A DNA stretch of 64,000 nucleotides from a virus. Lineage: Duplodnaviria > Caudoviricetes. Made by a program: the position numbers and the translations under genes. The notes beneath the pieces are model-generated. The model was given only the letters and a program-made list of their open reading frames with translations, did not search any database and was not told the DNA's origin. The stretch lies in the IMG/VR virus record IMGVR_UViG_3300025849_003344; one strand, given 5' to 3'. This document shows, one piece after another, positions 8,304 through 18,012 of the stretch (its first letter is position 1; each line of letters starts with the position of its first letter).

Positions 8304-10043
8304 TTATACCGCGCCAGCGACTTCTGAGAAGTCTACGCCAGTACGTACAGCAACAAAGTTAAGTGTAACAAAGTTGATGGAACGAGCAGGTTTGACTAAG
8401 ACAGTAGCGACGAATTCATTTCTATCTATAACTGCACCAGTATTGTTTGTTTCGTCACAAATAACACGGAAGTCAGTAATACCACGACGGCCTTTAATGT
8501 CGCGTAGGAATGGTTCGACTGTACCTGTAAATTCTGCTCTTGTAAATTCATCATTGAATTCGAACATAACGTTACGCGCAGCCAAAGCAATCGCTCGCTC
8601 AATAACCAGGAACAAACGACGTACGTTAATACGATCAAATGCTGATGGACGGGCCAATTTAGTTTTGTCACCAAAGAGTAATAGACCTTGACCAGGAATA
8701 TTAGCAATTGGATTAACACTGTTTCTGTATAGTACGTCACGCTCTGCTTTATTAGGAGAGTATGCAATACCTGTTACACCAAGATACTGACCACGACGTG
8801 GACCAGCTGGTGAATACCATGCAGCTGCGCTTACATCAGTCGCTGCCATAATACCAGCAGTCGAAGACGCAGCCGGAATATGGATGAACTCATCATTGTA
8901 TTTGTCATACACTTTAAGATAGTTGTTATCAACTATAAGATATGAAGATGATGTGAATGTTGCGGCAGTTGCAGTCGTATTAGTAACCGGAGTAGCAGAA
9001 CCAATAATGTCTGAACGAGCAGGTGATGTAACAACAACACAGTCTTTACGAGTGCCTTGTGCAATACTTACTAGGTCGTTAACTATTGTTGTGGTGTCTG
9101 TACGCGAAGCCATTTGAGGGGCAATCAACATATCAACTTGGATATTGTCTTTGTCTTCAAAATTGTCGTAACCAGTGATATAATCACCGACGTCCATGTT
9201 CTCTGATTCGTCACCTTGGGTCAAAGAATAATCTTTGATAATCTGTGCAGCAGAAGATTTTTGGAAATCACGAGAATCAACAGCATCTTGGCCAGCCAAA
9301 GCAACAGTATAGTCGGAATCAAAACCAGCACACCAGATATATCTAGAACTTCTGTTGATTACGTCTTTAACGAAGTTCGTTGAACCGTCAGATGTTTTTG
9401 CGTTCTTAGCAACTGATAAGAATGGAAATGTTTCAAGAACAGTTCCACGAGTGCCAGTAAATAGACCATCTTGGTCAATAACTGCTACGTGCATCTCATC
9501 GTTAGTTGCATTCAAGCCTTCAGCAAAGTTAGATGTACCAGGAGCAGCGTCAAAGCTTGCTTGATGTGTCCAACCAGTAAATACTGTAGGTGCTGTAGCA
9601 TTTGGACACACGGATACTTGAAGGCTATTGCCCAAAGATCCAGGCCAACGTGCAATAAATGTATGCTTGTCGCTGTCGAGGCCAGTTTTTGCAGTGTCGA
9701 ACTGATCTGGGTTCGTGATACGAACATTTTTACCAGTTACTGCTTCACCAGCTTCTACGCTATATGCATTAAATCCGTCAGAGTCACCTAGGACCCGTAC
9801 AACTTGTAATGCGTTTGTATACTTTAAAAAGTATGCGGCTGAATGGAAATCAACCGAGTTTATCTGTGATGGTGCACCAAAGGTAGTAACCAGACCAGAC
9901 TCATTTGAAATGAGTGTTGGAGTGTTTACTGGGCCCCATCTAAAATTACCAACAAATCCACCAGTGGAAGAAGATACTGCAGGCACTGTGCCAGACGCGT
10001 CGACTTCTCTAACGGTAATTGCCGGAGATTCTGAAAATGCCAT
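8304..10043 (-). CDS. gp18: Tail sheath protein gp18
   Basis: SPAITVREVD, FRWGP, SAFDRINVRRLF and KPARSINFVTLNFVAVRTG motifs. Confidence 0.97.
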   Translation of the reverse strand: MAFSESPAITVREVDASGTVPAVSSSTGGFVGNFRWGPVNTPTLISNESGLVTTFGAPSQINSVDFHSAAYFLKYTNALQVVRVLGDSDGFNAYSVEAGEAVTGKNVRITNPDQFDTAKTGLDSDKHTFIARWPGSLGNSLQVSVCPNATAPTVFTGWTHQASFDAAPGTSNFAEGLNATNDEMHVAVIDQDGLFTGTRGTVLETFPFLSVAKNAKTSDGSTNFVKDVINRSSRYIWCAGFDSDYTVALAGQDAVDSRDFQKSSAAQIIKDYSLTQGDESENMDVGDYITGYDNFEDKDNIQVDMLIAPQMASRTDTTTIVNDLVSIAQGTRKDCVVVTSPARSDIIGSATPVTNTTATAATFTSSSYLIVDNNYLKVYDKYNDEFIHIPAASSTAGIMAATDVSAAAWYSPAGPRRGQYLGVTGIAYSPNKAERDVLYRNSVNPIANIPGQGLLLFGDKTKLARPSAFDRINVRRLFLVIERAIALAARNVMFEFNDEFTRAEFTGTVEPFLRDIKGRRGITDFRVICDETNNTGAVIDRNEFVATVLVKPARSINFVTLNFVAVRTGVDFSEVAGAV

Positions 10044-10107
10044 TTTTCGTTCCTCTCGAAAATTTAATTATATGCGATCCATAATAAGAAGATTTTTCAC
10101 TTACAAC

Positions 10108-10115
10108 TATTTATA
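10108..10115 (-). promoter_or_regulatory. Late promoter TATAAATA (gp18/gp19)
   Basis: Exact motif in the gp17-gp18 intergenic region. Confidence 0.8.
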
Positions 10116-10120
10116 ATAAA

Positions 10121-11731
10121 TTAGAAGTGTGTAGTTGCTTCGTATTCGATTGCCCAAGGGGAATCTTCATCCTCGGCCCTTAATATATTATTATCTAATC
10201 CATCATCGATATAACCAAACCCCGGTAAATCGTTTTCAATTTCTTGCATTTTTCTTTTAAACATCATTTCTTTGATATTAATATCAGTCATATCTTGAAA
10301 ATACTGAGTAGAAATAAAGTAACCAAACATAACAAGATTCATAACCAAGTCATCATGGTTACCCGAAGAAGCCTCGTAGGATTGCCCCTTAGCAGTGAAT
10401 GTAGATATTTCCATAATAGTATTCTGGTCTACAATATGTAATTTATTGCTCTCAAGTATATCTTTGAACGCCGAACAACCAAGCCTTTTAGTTTTACGAT
10501 TCATTTCAACACCTAGCCCATCAGACCTGACCGCTGATTCTACATGCATATTTTCATATTCTAGATCTTGGTACAATCCATTACATACAACGGTACCTTG
10601 ATCATTTGATTCAATAACTACATATGCCTGATTGTAGGAAACTGCCCATTTATAAATAATATCGGGGAAGAGTAATGGAGAGATAGTATTGTTGCGATAT
10701 ACAGCCACCTGTTTAAATGGGCGTAAGCTAATGTCGATCACATTGAACGTAGAATAGTCCTGTCCTCTTCCTTTACTGACGTCACATAACATAATATATT
10801 CGTTACCTTTAATAGGCTCTTCGTATATTAAAAGATCTCCACCTTCACGGTGCAGCTTATAGTTTTCGGCTCTAAGCTTAAGTAATGTTTCGCCGTTAAT
10901 AAGTGTATCACCGGTGCCAAAAAATGTATTACCAAACTCTTGATCAAATTGAAGTTGGGATGTATTACTAATCGTTTGTTCTTGCCAAGCCTTATCTCGA
11001 CCAGGAACGTCCCACCAATCAACCCTCATAGGTTTAAATTCGCTTACGCCTTGTAGTGCTGATTCCCATATCTTATGAAACACATTACCAATACCATTAG
11101 CGGTTGATGTAATAATAACTTTAGTATTTTTACCAGCAGACACAACAGGATAGGTTGATGTATAAAACTGAGCATCATTTTCCACAAATGCAAACTCGTC
11201 AAGATATAGCAGTGAGACTGACATACCACGAATTGACGAACCGGATGTCGCTGCAGCAATTATCCGAGAATTATTTGAAAATTCGATTGAACCTTTATTC
11301 AAAGCCTTACAACCCGGTTGTAAGAAGAAAGGTAGATTTTCTAGCATAAGAGTAATACGACCTAACATCTCACGTGCGGTCGCACCCTTATTTGCCATAA
11401 CAGCAATAACCTTTTCAGAATGGAATAATGCATACCAAAGTAAATACGCAACCGAACTGATTGACTTTCCAGATTGTCTGCATGCAAGAACGATATTAAA
11501 TCTATTCTCGTTAAAGTGCTTAAACATTTTTTCTTGATAAGGATACAAGTTAAAAGGCACTAAGCCATCGTCTAGTGATATAACCTTACAATATGTGGTT
11601 GTAAAATAAGCTGGATTCTTCATGCATTTAGCATATTCTGCTACTTGCTCGTTAGTCCATTGTTGAACGACTCCGTCTCGTTTAACATTTACATTGCCAA
11701 GATATGTTTCATTCTTTGGTTGGAGATACAT
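10121..11731 (-). CDS. gp17: Terminase large subunit gp17
   Basis: RQSGKS (Walker A), LYLDEFAF (Walker B), STANG, and the nuclease motifs CDVSKGRGQDYS and HDDLVM. Confidence 0.97.
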   Translation of the reverse strand: MYLQPKNETYLGNVNVKRDGVVQQWTNEQVAEYAKCMKNPAYFTTTYCKVISLDDGLVPFNLYPYQEKMFKHFNENRFNIVLACRQSGKSISSVAYLLWYALFHSEKVIAVMANKGATAREMLGRITLMLENLPFFLQPGCKALNKGSIEFSNNSRIIAAATSGSSIRGMSVSLLYLDEFAFVENDAQFYTSTYPVVSAGKNTKVIITSTANGIGNVFHKIWESALQGVSEFKPMRVDWWDVPGRDKAWQEQTISNTSQLQFDQEFGNTFFGTGDTLINGETLLKLRAENYKLHREGGDLLIYEEPIKGNEYIMLCDVSKGRGQDYSTFNVIDISLRPFKQVAVYRNNTISPLLFPDIIYKWAVSYNQAYVVIESNDQGTVVCNGLYQDLEYENMHVESAVRSDGLGVEMNRKTKRLGCSAFKDILESNKLHIVDQNTIMEISTFTAKGQSYEASSGNHDDLVMNLVMFGYFISTQYFQDMTDINIKEMMFKRKMQEIENDLPGFGYIDDGLDNNILRAEDEDSPWAIEYEATTHF

Positions 11732-12062
11732 CTATAATTTTCTCATCATTTACATCTTGTAACATACGTTGCAGTTCAGTCGTTGATCCGACAAACACGT
11801 TGTTAGTAGTTCCACCCTCAATTGCTACAGGTGCTTTATCATTAGTATGAAATTCTTTTTTCTTCTTATGCATATCCATAAGATTACCACTAATGTCTGC
11901 CATATTTTTCATCATACCAGATAATACTTCAAAGGCTCTAGGATGTTCTGTCGCTCTCGCAACCTCCATCATATCTTCTAATGAAGATCCACCTTTTGAC
12001 AATAGATCATGATATGTTTGACGAACCATTTCGAAATCGTCATCGGCTTGATTTTTATCCAT
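11709..12062 (-). CDS. gp16: Terminase small subunit gp16
   Basis: HPRAFEVL and TTNNVFVGSTTELQ motifs; directly upstream of gp17. Confidence 0.9.
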   Translation of the reverse strand: MDKNQADDDFEMVRQTYHDLLSKGGSSLEDMMEVARATEHPRAFEVLSGMMKNMADISGNLMDMHKKKKEFHTNDKAPVAIEGGTTNNVFVGSTTELQRMLQDVNDEKIIDVSPTKE

Positions 12063-12847
12063 TATGCACTATCTATCTCTGCTATCACTTCAAGGAATCC
12101 AAAGTCGCTATCTGGCCCGACGCCAGTAGGAGTTGGGGTTACAGTAATTGATTCAAGTGGTAAATCGCTATCAAGTAAGCCTGCGGTTTGGTTGAAAATA
12201 TTAGTAATAGACTTAGTAATAATTCCACTTGTTGATGTCGGTCCATGGAATGTTATATGCATATCAAAATCTAAAGTGTAGATAATTGATCTTCGACCTT
12301 CCATGGGTCCTTCATAGTCGTCATTTAGGACTACGCCAGTTAAAACGACTGGTACGTCTTCTTTAACATCAGAAAAATCGTCAAACGGTTTAACTGATAA
12401 TGTATATTGTGGGTTAAAATACGGAATAATTTGCTCAACTAGTTGTAGTGCGTCATCCTGATTTTTTGCATATATGCTAAGTTGGAAGCTCATAATATAT
12501 GGACTGCCAGCATAAATTTTTTGTCTAGAAAGAACTGACCCGCCTGCTACAGCTTTTGCATAGTTATTTACTTTAGGCAATTGCCTTGAAGGGTCATAAG
12601 ATACGTTAGTAATTTCGAAAGACATTCTTGGTAACTTAATAGCAACCTTAGTATCGGTTTCAAGATCAGCATTTTCCCTAATACGCTCAAGAAATTTTGC
12701 TCTAGGTCCATATGATAATGGAACCTTTTGAGTACTAATTACTCCACCACCAGCATCTTTTCTTAGAACGTATAGATTGTTAAACATTGCTCCAAATGTT
12801 GCAACTGCTTTGCGCGTACGCTGATGATAAAAATATGTACCAAACAT
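12062..12847 (-). CDS. gp15: Tail sheath stabiliser / terminator gp15
   Basis: YFYHQRTRKAVATFGAMFNN, KVPLSYGP, LPRMSFE and EQIIPYFNPQY motifs. Confidence 0.93.
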   Translation of the reverse strand: MFGTYFYHQRTRKAVATFGAMFNNLYVLRKDAGGGVISTQKVPLSYGPRAKFLERIRENADLETDTKVAIKLPRMSFEITNVSYDPSRQLPKVNNYAKAVAGGSVLSRQKIYAGSPYIMSFQLSIYAKNQDDALQLVEQIIPYFNPQYTLSVKPFDDFSDVKEDVPVVLTGVVLNDDYEGPMEGRRSIIYTLDFDMHITFHGPTSTSGIITKSITNIFNQTAGLLDSDLPLESITVTPTPTGVGPDSDFGFLEVIAEIDSA

Positions 12848-13725
12848 TAGCTAGGATCTCCAAACGGATTGCTTTCACTGAAGTCTAAGAATCCAGCTCC
12901 GACAGTATCAAACGTCGTATTTTGTTCATTTTCAGATAGCTTATTGTCTTCAACAAAGGATGTAAGGGTTCCAACTGCATTAGTGTCATCTCCGGTGACC
13001 GTAAGAGTTGTAACCGGCAAATGGAACTTACCATCGTTTCCACCAAAGTGAATAATTGATAGAGCATTGGTGCTTGATACCCAACTTGATACTTCACCTG
13101 ATAATATAACTCCGCTAGCAGTCGTCTGTCGTACTCTCTCACCAACCTCAAAATCACCGGTGACTCCTGATAGAGTAAGATCAAATTCATATGCGTGATT
13201 TTGCTCAATACCATCTATTGTATTCAAACCAGTATCAAGATCTTCATCACTATATTCAAACAGTGAACATCTCATTTTAAAAGTAGGTAAATTTGCTAAT
13301 TGATAAAATGGTGATTCATGTTCAACATGTGTGATTTCAAACATTGAATTGGTCATAGGGAGATAAATCAAATCACCCTCACGTGGACGCTCACCTGTTA
13401 TCTCATTATTATTGCGTCCGACAGTGTGGTTCCATCGTTTCTTTGCAACAGTAAATGTAGCTTCGTCTCTAATCTCGACACCAAACTTACTGAATAGATC
13501 GCCTTCTCCTTCGAACCCATCGCTGTTGTCGATGTACATTTCTATTTTATAACTATTATTGAATTTTGAAGGAACATCTTCACCAAAAATTTTATTCTCG
13601 TTAACAATAGTCCGAGGCAAATAGTATAGGTCTTGCCCATACATTTTCAGAGATTCAATAATAATATCTTCGTATAGTCTCTGCTCGGATTTAACCGCGT
13701 CAGAGAAATATAAATTTCTGGCCAT
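12847..13725 (-). CDS. gp14: Neck protein gp14
   Basis: IESLKMYGQDLYYLPR, RPREGDLIY and FLDFSESNPFG motifs. Confidence 0.93.
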   Translation of the reverse strand: MARNLYFSDAVKSEQRLYEDIIIESLKMYGQDLYYLPRTIVNENKIFGEDVPSKFNNSYKIEMYIDNSDGFEGEGDLFSKFGVEIRDEATFTVAKKRWNHTVGRNNNEITGERPREGDLIYLPMTNSMFEITHVEHESPFYQLANLPTFKMRCSLFEYSDEDLDTGLNTIDGIEQNHAYEFDLTLSGVTGDFEVGERVRQTTASGVILSGEVSSWVSSTNALSIIHFGGNDGKFHLPVTTLTVTGDDTNAVGTLTSFVEDNKLSENEQNTTFDTVGAGFLDFSESNPFGDPS

Positions 13726-13728
13726 GGT

Positions 13729-14481
13729 TTAACCTACATAAAATGATGGTGGAAGTTCTTGCTCTAATCTTAAACGCTCTTTAAGCTGTTCAATATCACC
13801 TGTAGCATCTTCGTATATTTGACGGCCGTTAAGTGATACTCCGCCTGGGAGTTGCATACCTTCAAACTTAATAAGGTTTGCTCCCCATTGTTGTTTAATT
13901 AGCGCAGTCGTATAATCTTTAATAAACATATCATTGTATATTGAAGTATGTGTTTGAGGATCTATGGTCTGATAAACCTCAGCTACGATATAATCTCCGG
14001 CTTTAATATCTTTATCTTGGAAATCACCGTGAACATACAACCTGTTTTGTCTCCGAGCAAACGTGACTTGAGGCGTTCCGTTAAGCTTCATATCGAGCAT
14101 TGATAGATATTGTTGAGTTTGCTCGTAATATGCAATTCCACCAACAACCGAATTAAGATCCCACATGTCATTAAGCATTAATTGATATTTGACGTCAAAG
14201 AAGTTTCTTGATGCTGATGACGTGTGAATAGGAAAAAGTCTAGCGATATATATAATATTAGAACTAATGGGAATATATTCATTAGTCACATCGTCAGCAG
14301 TAACTAAGTGTTTAAAATATGTTTTAACTGTAGCATCTGAATGATATTCTTGATAAAGCTGGATAGCCTCATCAACTCTGTCTTCCAGTTGATCTTCGTC
14401 TACGTTAATTTCGATAACCGGATCACCTAGCTTTCGCTTACAGTATTCGATCAATGTGTCTCTACTATTAGGAGAAGCCAT
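13729..14481 (-). CDS. gp13: Neck protein gp13
   Basis: RKLGDPVIEINVDEDQ and KQQWGANLIKFEGMQLPGGVSLNG motifs. Confidence 0.95.
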   Translation of the reverse strand: MASPNSRDTLIEYCKRKLGDPVIEINVDEDQLEDRVDEAIQLYQEYHSDATVKTYFKHLVTADDVTNEYIPISSNIIYIARLFPIHTSSASRNFFDVKYQLMLNDMWDLNSVVGGIAYYEQTQQYLSMLDMKLNGTPQVTFARRQNRLYVHGDFQDKDIKAGDYIVAEVYQTIDPQTHTSIYNDMFIKDYTTALIKQQWGANLIKFEGMQLPGGVSLNGRQIYEDATGDIEQLKERLRLEQELPPSFYVG

Positions 14482-14513
14482 GTTTTATATCCTCAATTCT
14501 TCAGTGTTACATC

Positions 14514-14521
14514 TATTTATA
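14514..14521 (-). promoter_or_regulatory. Late promoter TATAAATA (gp13 operon)
   Basis: Exact motif, back-to-back with the early promoter at 14523. Confidence 0.8.
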
Positions 14522-14522
14522 C

Positions 14523-14552
14523 GTTTACAACAATGCTAAAATGTGGTATAAT
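14523..14552 (+). promoter_or_regulatory. T4-early-like sigma70 promoter (GTTTACA-N17-TATAAT, with TGTGG before the -10)
   Basis: TTTACA at 14524-14529, 17-nt spacer, TATAAT at 14547-14552. Confidence 0.8.
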
Positions 14553-14557
14553 CAACT

Positions 14558-14959
14558 ATGAAAACAGTATTTACAAACGGATGCTTTGATATTTTGCATC
14601 GAGGCCACCTAGATTATCTAGAAAGATCAAGAAATCTAGGTGATAGACTAATAGTTGGCATAAATTCTGATGAGTCTATACGAAGACTTAAAGGCAATTC
14701 AAGGCCAATTAATAATGAAGAAGATAGAAGATATATGTTACAATCATTGCGGTTTGTAGATCATGTATACATATTCTACGAAGACACGCCGTATGAACTA
14801 ATTAAACAATTAAAACCAGACGTACTTACTAAGGGTGGTGATTACCAAATTGACCAAATTGTAGGAAGAGACATAGCAAAATTAACCGTCTCACTAAAAT
14901 TACGTGATGGTTATTCTACTACTAATATTATTAAAAGGATTTGTGATGGCACGGCTTGA
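14558..14959 (+). CDS. rfaE2: Heptose-1-phosphate adenylyltransferase (HldE C-terminal domain / RfaE2)
   Basis: FTNGCFDILHRGH (HxGH), GINSDESIRRLKG.SRPIN, KGGDY and GYSTT motifs. Confidence 0.9.
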   Translation: MKTVFTNGCFDILHRGHLDYLERSRNLGDRLIVGINSDESIRRLKGNSRPINNEEDRRYMLQSLRFVDHVYIFYEDTPYELIKQLKPDVLTKGGDYQIDQIVGRDIAKLTVSLKLRDGYSTTNIIKRICDGTA

Positions 14960-15305
14960 AGGAATGGTAGAAAAAGGATGGGGCCACGAACTTATTTTTG
15001 CTACTAACGATAAGTATTGTGGTAAGCTTTTAAATTTTAATAAGGGTGCTAAATTCTCTATGCATTTTCATGCAATAAAGGATGAGACTTGGTTAGTGTT
15101 TGAAGGCATATTTGACGTTTTAACTATAAACACTATTGATGCATCTGTTAAAAAACAAAGATTAAAAGCCGGAGATTCACTTAGAATTGAGCCACTTGTT
15201 CCGCATCAGTTATTTTGTATCGAAGAAGGTACTATAATTGAAGTGTCCTCGCCAGACTCAGTTGAAGATAACTATAGAGTTGCTAAAGGCGACAGCCAAA
15301 AATGA
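14946..15305 (+). CDS. Cupin-fold protein (sugar isomerase/epimerase-like)
   Basis: EKGWGHE, SMHFHAIKDETW, PLVPHQL and EVSSPD cupin motifs. Start moved to ATG 14946. Confidence 0.7.
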   Translation: MARLEGMVEKGWGHELIFATNDKYCGKLLNFNKGAKFSMHFHAIKDETWLVFEGIFDVLTINTIDASVKKQRLKAGDSLRIEPLVPHQLFCIEEGTIIEVSSPDSVEDNYRVAKGDSQK

Positions 15306-16180
15306 TAATATGGGGTATGGTAGGAGGTTGCCATGATGCCACAATTTCAATTTTTAAAGATAGCACATGTGTTAAGACATACTATTCAACTGAAAACATA
15401 CATAGCCAAAGTTTAATAGATAAAGCTTTTAAGTATGGCAAACCAGACTTAGTTGTATGGTACGAAAAACCTTGGGCTAAGGCAATACGCCAATGGTTAG
15501 TTGGTCAGCCTAAACCATTTAAGCGTAATAATATCCGTAAGTATTTGCGGGGGCTAGGAATAACCTGTAAATATAGAACCGTATGGCATCACGAATCTCA
15601 CGCAGCTCATTACTATAAGACTGATAAAACTCCTAGCGTAATAGTTGTCATAGATGCAGTCGGTGAATTTAGTTGTACGTCTATATGGACAACTGAGAAT
15701 GGTAAGCTTACACAAAGAAAATCAGTTAAATATCCTAATAGCCTAGGTCTATTTTATTCTTCTATGACTCAAAGATGTGGATTTAAACCGTCAGTCGATG
15801 AAAGTAAATTAGAAAAGTTCGGCAAGGGATATGCCACCGATTTAGTGATAGATAGCATATATAAGGATTTAGTGTTCAAAGAATGCTCAGAGCCATTATT
15901 TAAAATTAATATGCATAGAGGCATAGGTAATTGGAAACCATCTTATGACAAAAAAGAAATTGCCGGTTCAACCCAAGTTGTATTTGAAAATTTGTGTCGT
16001 AATTTAATAGAATACGCAATAAGCAAATACGACAGACCACGATTAATTGTTACAGGTGGATGTGCATTTAATAAGGGTTTACAAAAAATATTACACGAAG
16101 AATATAATGCATATATTCCAGAAAATCCAGGAGACGCCGGATCTGCAGAAACTGCGGTATTAGCGTATTTAAATAGATGA
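15302..16180 (+). CDS. Carbamoyltransferase N-terminal (Kae1-like) domain only
   Basis: [38 protein letters not shown] and PGDAGSA motifs. The C-terminal domain is absent. Confidence 0.75.
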   Translation: MIIWGMVGGCHDATISIFKDSTCVKTYYSTENIHSQSLIDKAFKYGKPDLVVWYEKPWAKAIRQWLVGQPKPFKRNNIRKYLRGLGITCKYRTVWHHESHAAHYYKTDKTPSVIVVIDAVGEFSCTSIWTTENGKLTQRKSVKYPNSLGLFYSSMTQRCGFKPSVDESKLEKFGKGYATDLVIDSIYKDLVFKECSEPLFKINMHRGIGNWKPSYDKKEIAGSTQVVFENLCRNLIEYAISKYDRPRLIVTGGCAFNKGLQKILHEEYNAYIPENPGDAGSAETAVLAYLNR

Positions 16181-17382
16181 TTGATATTACTCCATTCTCT
16201 ACCACGATAAGCAAAGCTAAAGAAGAAGGAAAATACCGAGTGTTCAACGATATTATTCGTGAACGAGGTAAGTTTCCTAAAGCAATTTGGTATGGTAAAT
16301 ACGCTATTAAAGAGATAGTTAATTGGTGTAGCAATGACTATTTAGGTATGGGTCAACACAAAGTTGTAATTGATGCTATGCATACAGCCCTAGATCAAAC
16401 AGGCGCGGGCTCAGGAGGCACTAGAAATATATCTGGTACTTCGCACTATCATGTAGCCTTAGAACATGAAATAGCTAAACTACATAAAAAAGAATCTGCA
16501 TTACTGTTCTCAAGTGCGTTTGTTGCAAATGAATGGTCACTTATAGCGTTGTCTCGCATCAATAAGAATATATGTTGGGTAAGTGATAGCAAAAACCATG
16601 CAAGTCTCATTCAAGGTATGAGACATAGTAGATGTGAGATCTTTAAGTTTGAGCATAATAATTTAATGGATCTTGATATTAAATTAGAACAAGCTACACT
16701 AGCCGGCTTTACTCCATGTATTGTCTTTGAATCAATTTATAGTATGGACGGAGATATTTCAGATATTGATGCTATATGTGATTTAGCTGAAAAGTATGAA
16801 GCCATAACATATATCGATGAAGTACACGGTGTTGGTTTATACGGTGATAGTGCAGCAGGCAAGCTTGATGAGCTTGGTTTAGAAGACCGAGTTGATATTG
16901 TAAATGGCACTTTAGGTAAAGCTTATGGTGTAACCGGTGGTTATATTGCTGGTAATAGAACTGTTATCGATGCTATAAGGTTAGAAGCAAGTGGTTTTAT
17001 TTTTACTACAAGTATTTCACCAGTTATATGTGCTGGTGCATTGGCTAGTATTAAATATCTTAAAGATCATCCTGACCTCAGAGCCCAACATCAAGCCAAT
17101 GCACAATCATTGAAGCAAGAATTTATAGCAAGAGGAATAGAGGTATTAGAAAAGTCTTGCACCCATATTGTACCTGTTATGATACGTGATGCTGAACTAG
17201 CAAAGGCTATATCAGATAGATTACTAAATGAGCATGGCATTTACGTTCAGGCTATTAACTATCCAACGGTTGCTGTCGGAGAAGAGCGATTGAGATTTGC
17301 ACCAACACCACTTCATACAAATGCTATGATAGAAGAATGTGTTGATGCATTAGAAGAATCAATTAACTATTTCAGGAAATAA
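16177..17382 (+). CDS. alaS: 5-aminolevulinate synthase (Shemin/C4 pathway, PLP-dependent)
   Basis: [46 protein letters not shown] (PLP Lys), FIFTTS and [10 protein letters not shown] motifs. Confidence 0.92.
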   Translation: MIDITPFSTTISKAKEEGKYRVFNDIIRERGKFPKAIWYGKYAIKEIVNWCSNDYLGMGQHKVVIDAMHTALDQTGAGSGGTRNISGTSHYHVALEHEIAKLHKKESALLFSSAFVANEWSLIALSRINKNICWVSDSKNHASLIQGMRHSRCEIFKFEHNNLMDLDIKLEQATLAGFTPCIVFESIYSMDGDISDIDAICDLAEKYEAITYIDEVHGVGLYGDSAAGKLDELGLEDRVDIVNGTLGKAYGVTGGYIAGNRTVIDAIRLEASGFIFTTSISPVICAGALASIKYLKDHPDLRAQHQANAQSLKQEFIARGIEVLEKSCTHIVPVMIRDAELAKAISDRLLNEHGIYVQAINYPTVAVGEERLRFAPTPLHTNAMIEECVDALEESINYFRK

Positions 17383-18012
17383 ACATTCGTCAATATATTC
17401 CCGAACACGTTTAGGATCTACGCCTAAAGTCTCCATCACCCTTGGTGTATGGGGATTTTTCTTTTGGTTTTTACAGTACCAATTGTGTTGAGTTGTATAA
17501 TCTTTATCGCTTTCTTCACCAATAGCAGTCAGATAATATTCTAGATTAGTTATGGCTAATTCTAGAATGTCGTCTAATTCTTGTCCGTCTCTAACATTAC
17601 CGGCTGATACCATAGAATCGCTAAATATATTTCTTGCCCACTCAGGTAATTCTCTGCGTTTTGATGGAATAAAAGGTTTTACATTCTCTTTGAACTGTGT
17701 TAATATAGGGTTATCAAATGCTACTGGACTGAAATCATGGAAGGCACCAGTAACTTTGTTAGGACCAGCAATTATATCGAAGCCGTAAATAGGTGACGGA
17801 TCGCTAACTTTCGGATATATGCATAGATGCATCATCCATAGCTTACGATCGAGCCTTGCATCAATGATGTCTAGGTCGGCTCTACGATATACCCCTGGAT
17901 TCTTATAAGTAATTGCTGGCCAGTCAAAAGGATGTTGAGAGTTGCTAACAGAGTTATCTTCTAATATTCTCTGCATCCTTTTGCTGGCGGCAATTAACTT
18001 ATCAAAGACCAA
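17359..18012 (-). CDS. pcyX: Ferredoxin-dependent bilin reductase, PcyX/PcyA-like
   Basis: MMHLCIYP...GFDII (His62/Asp79, spaced like PcyA His88/Asp105), [17 protein letters not shown] and [11 protein letters not shown] motifs. The subfamily call is tentative. Confidence 0.8.
   Translation of the reverse strand: MVFDKLIAASKRMQRILEDNSVSNSQHPFDWPAITYKNPGVYRRADLDIIDARLDRKLWMMHLCIYPKVSDPSPIYGFDIIAGPNKVTGAFHDFSPVAFDNPILTQFKENVKPFIPSKRRELPEWARNIFSDSMVSAGNVRDGQELDDILELAITNLEYYLTAIGEESDKDYTTQHNWYCKNQKKNPHTPRVMETLGVDPKRVREYIDECLFPEIVN

Noticed and set aside
2620-11731. Introns, inteins or homing endonucleases in gp17, gp20 or gp23
   Set aside because: The ORFs are continuous and of normal length, with no intein, HNH, GIY-YIG or LAGLIDADG motifs seen.
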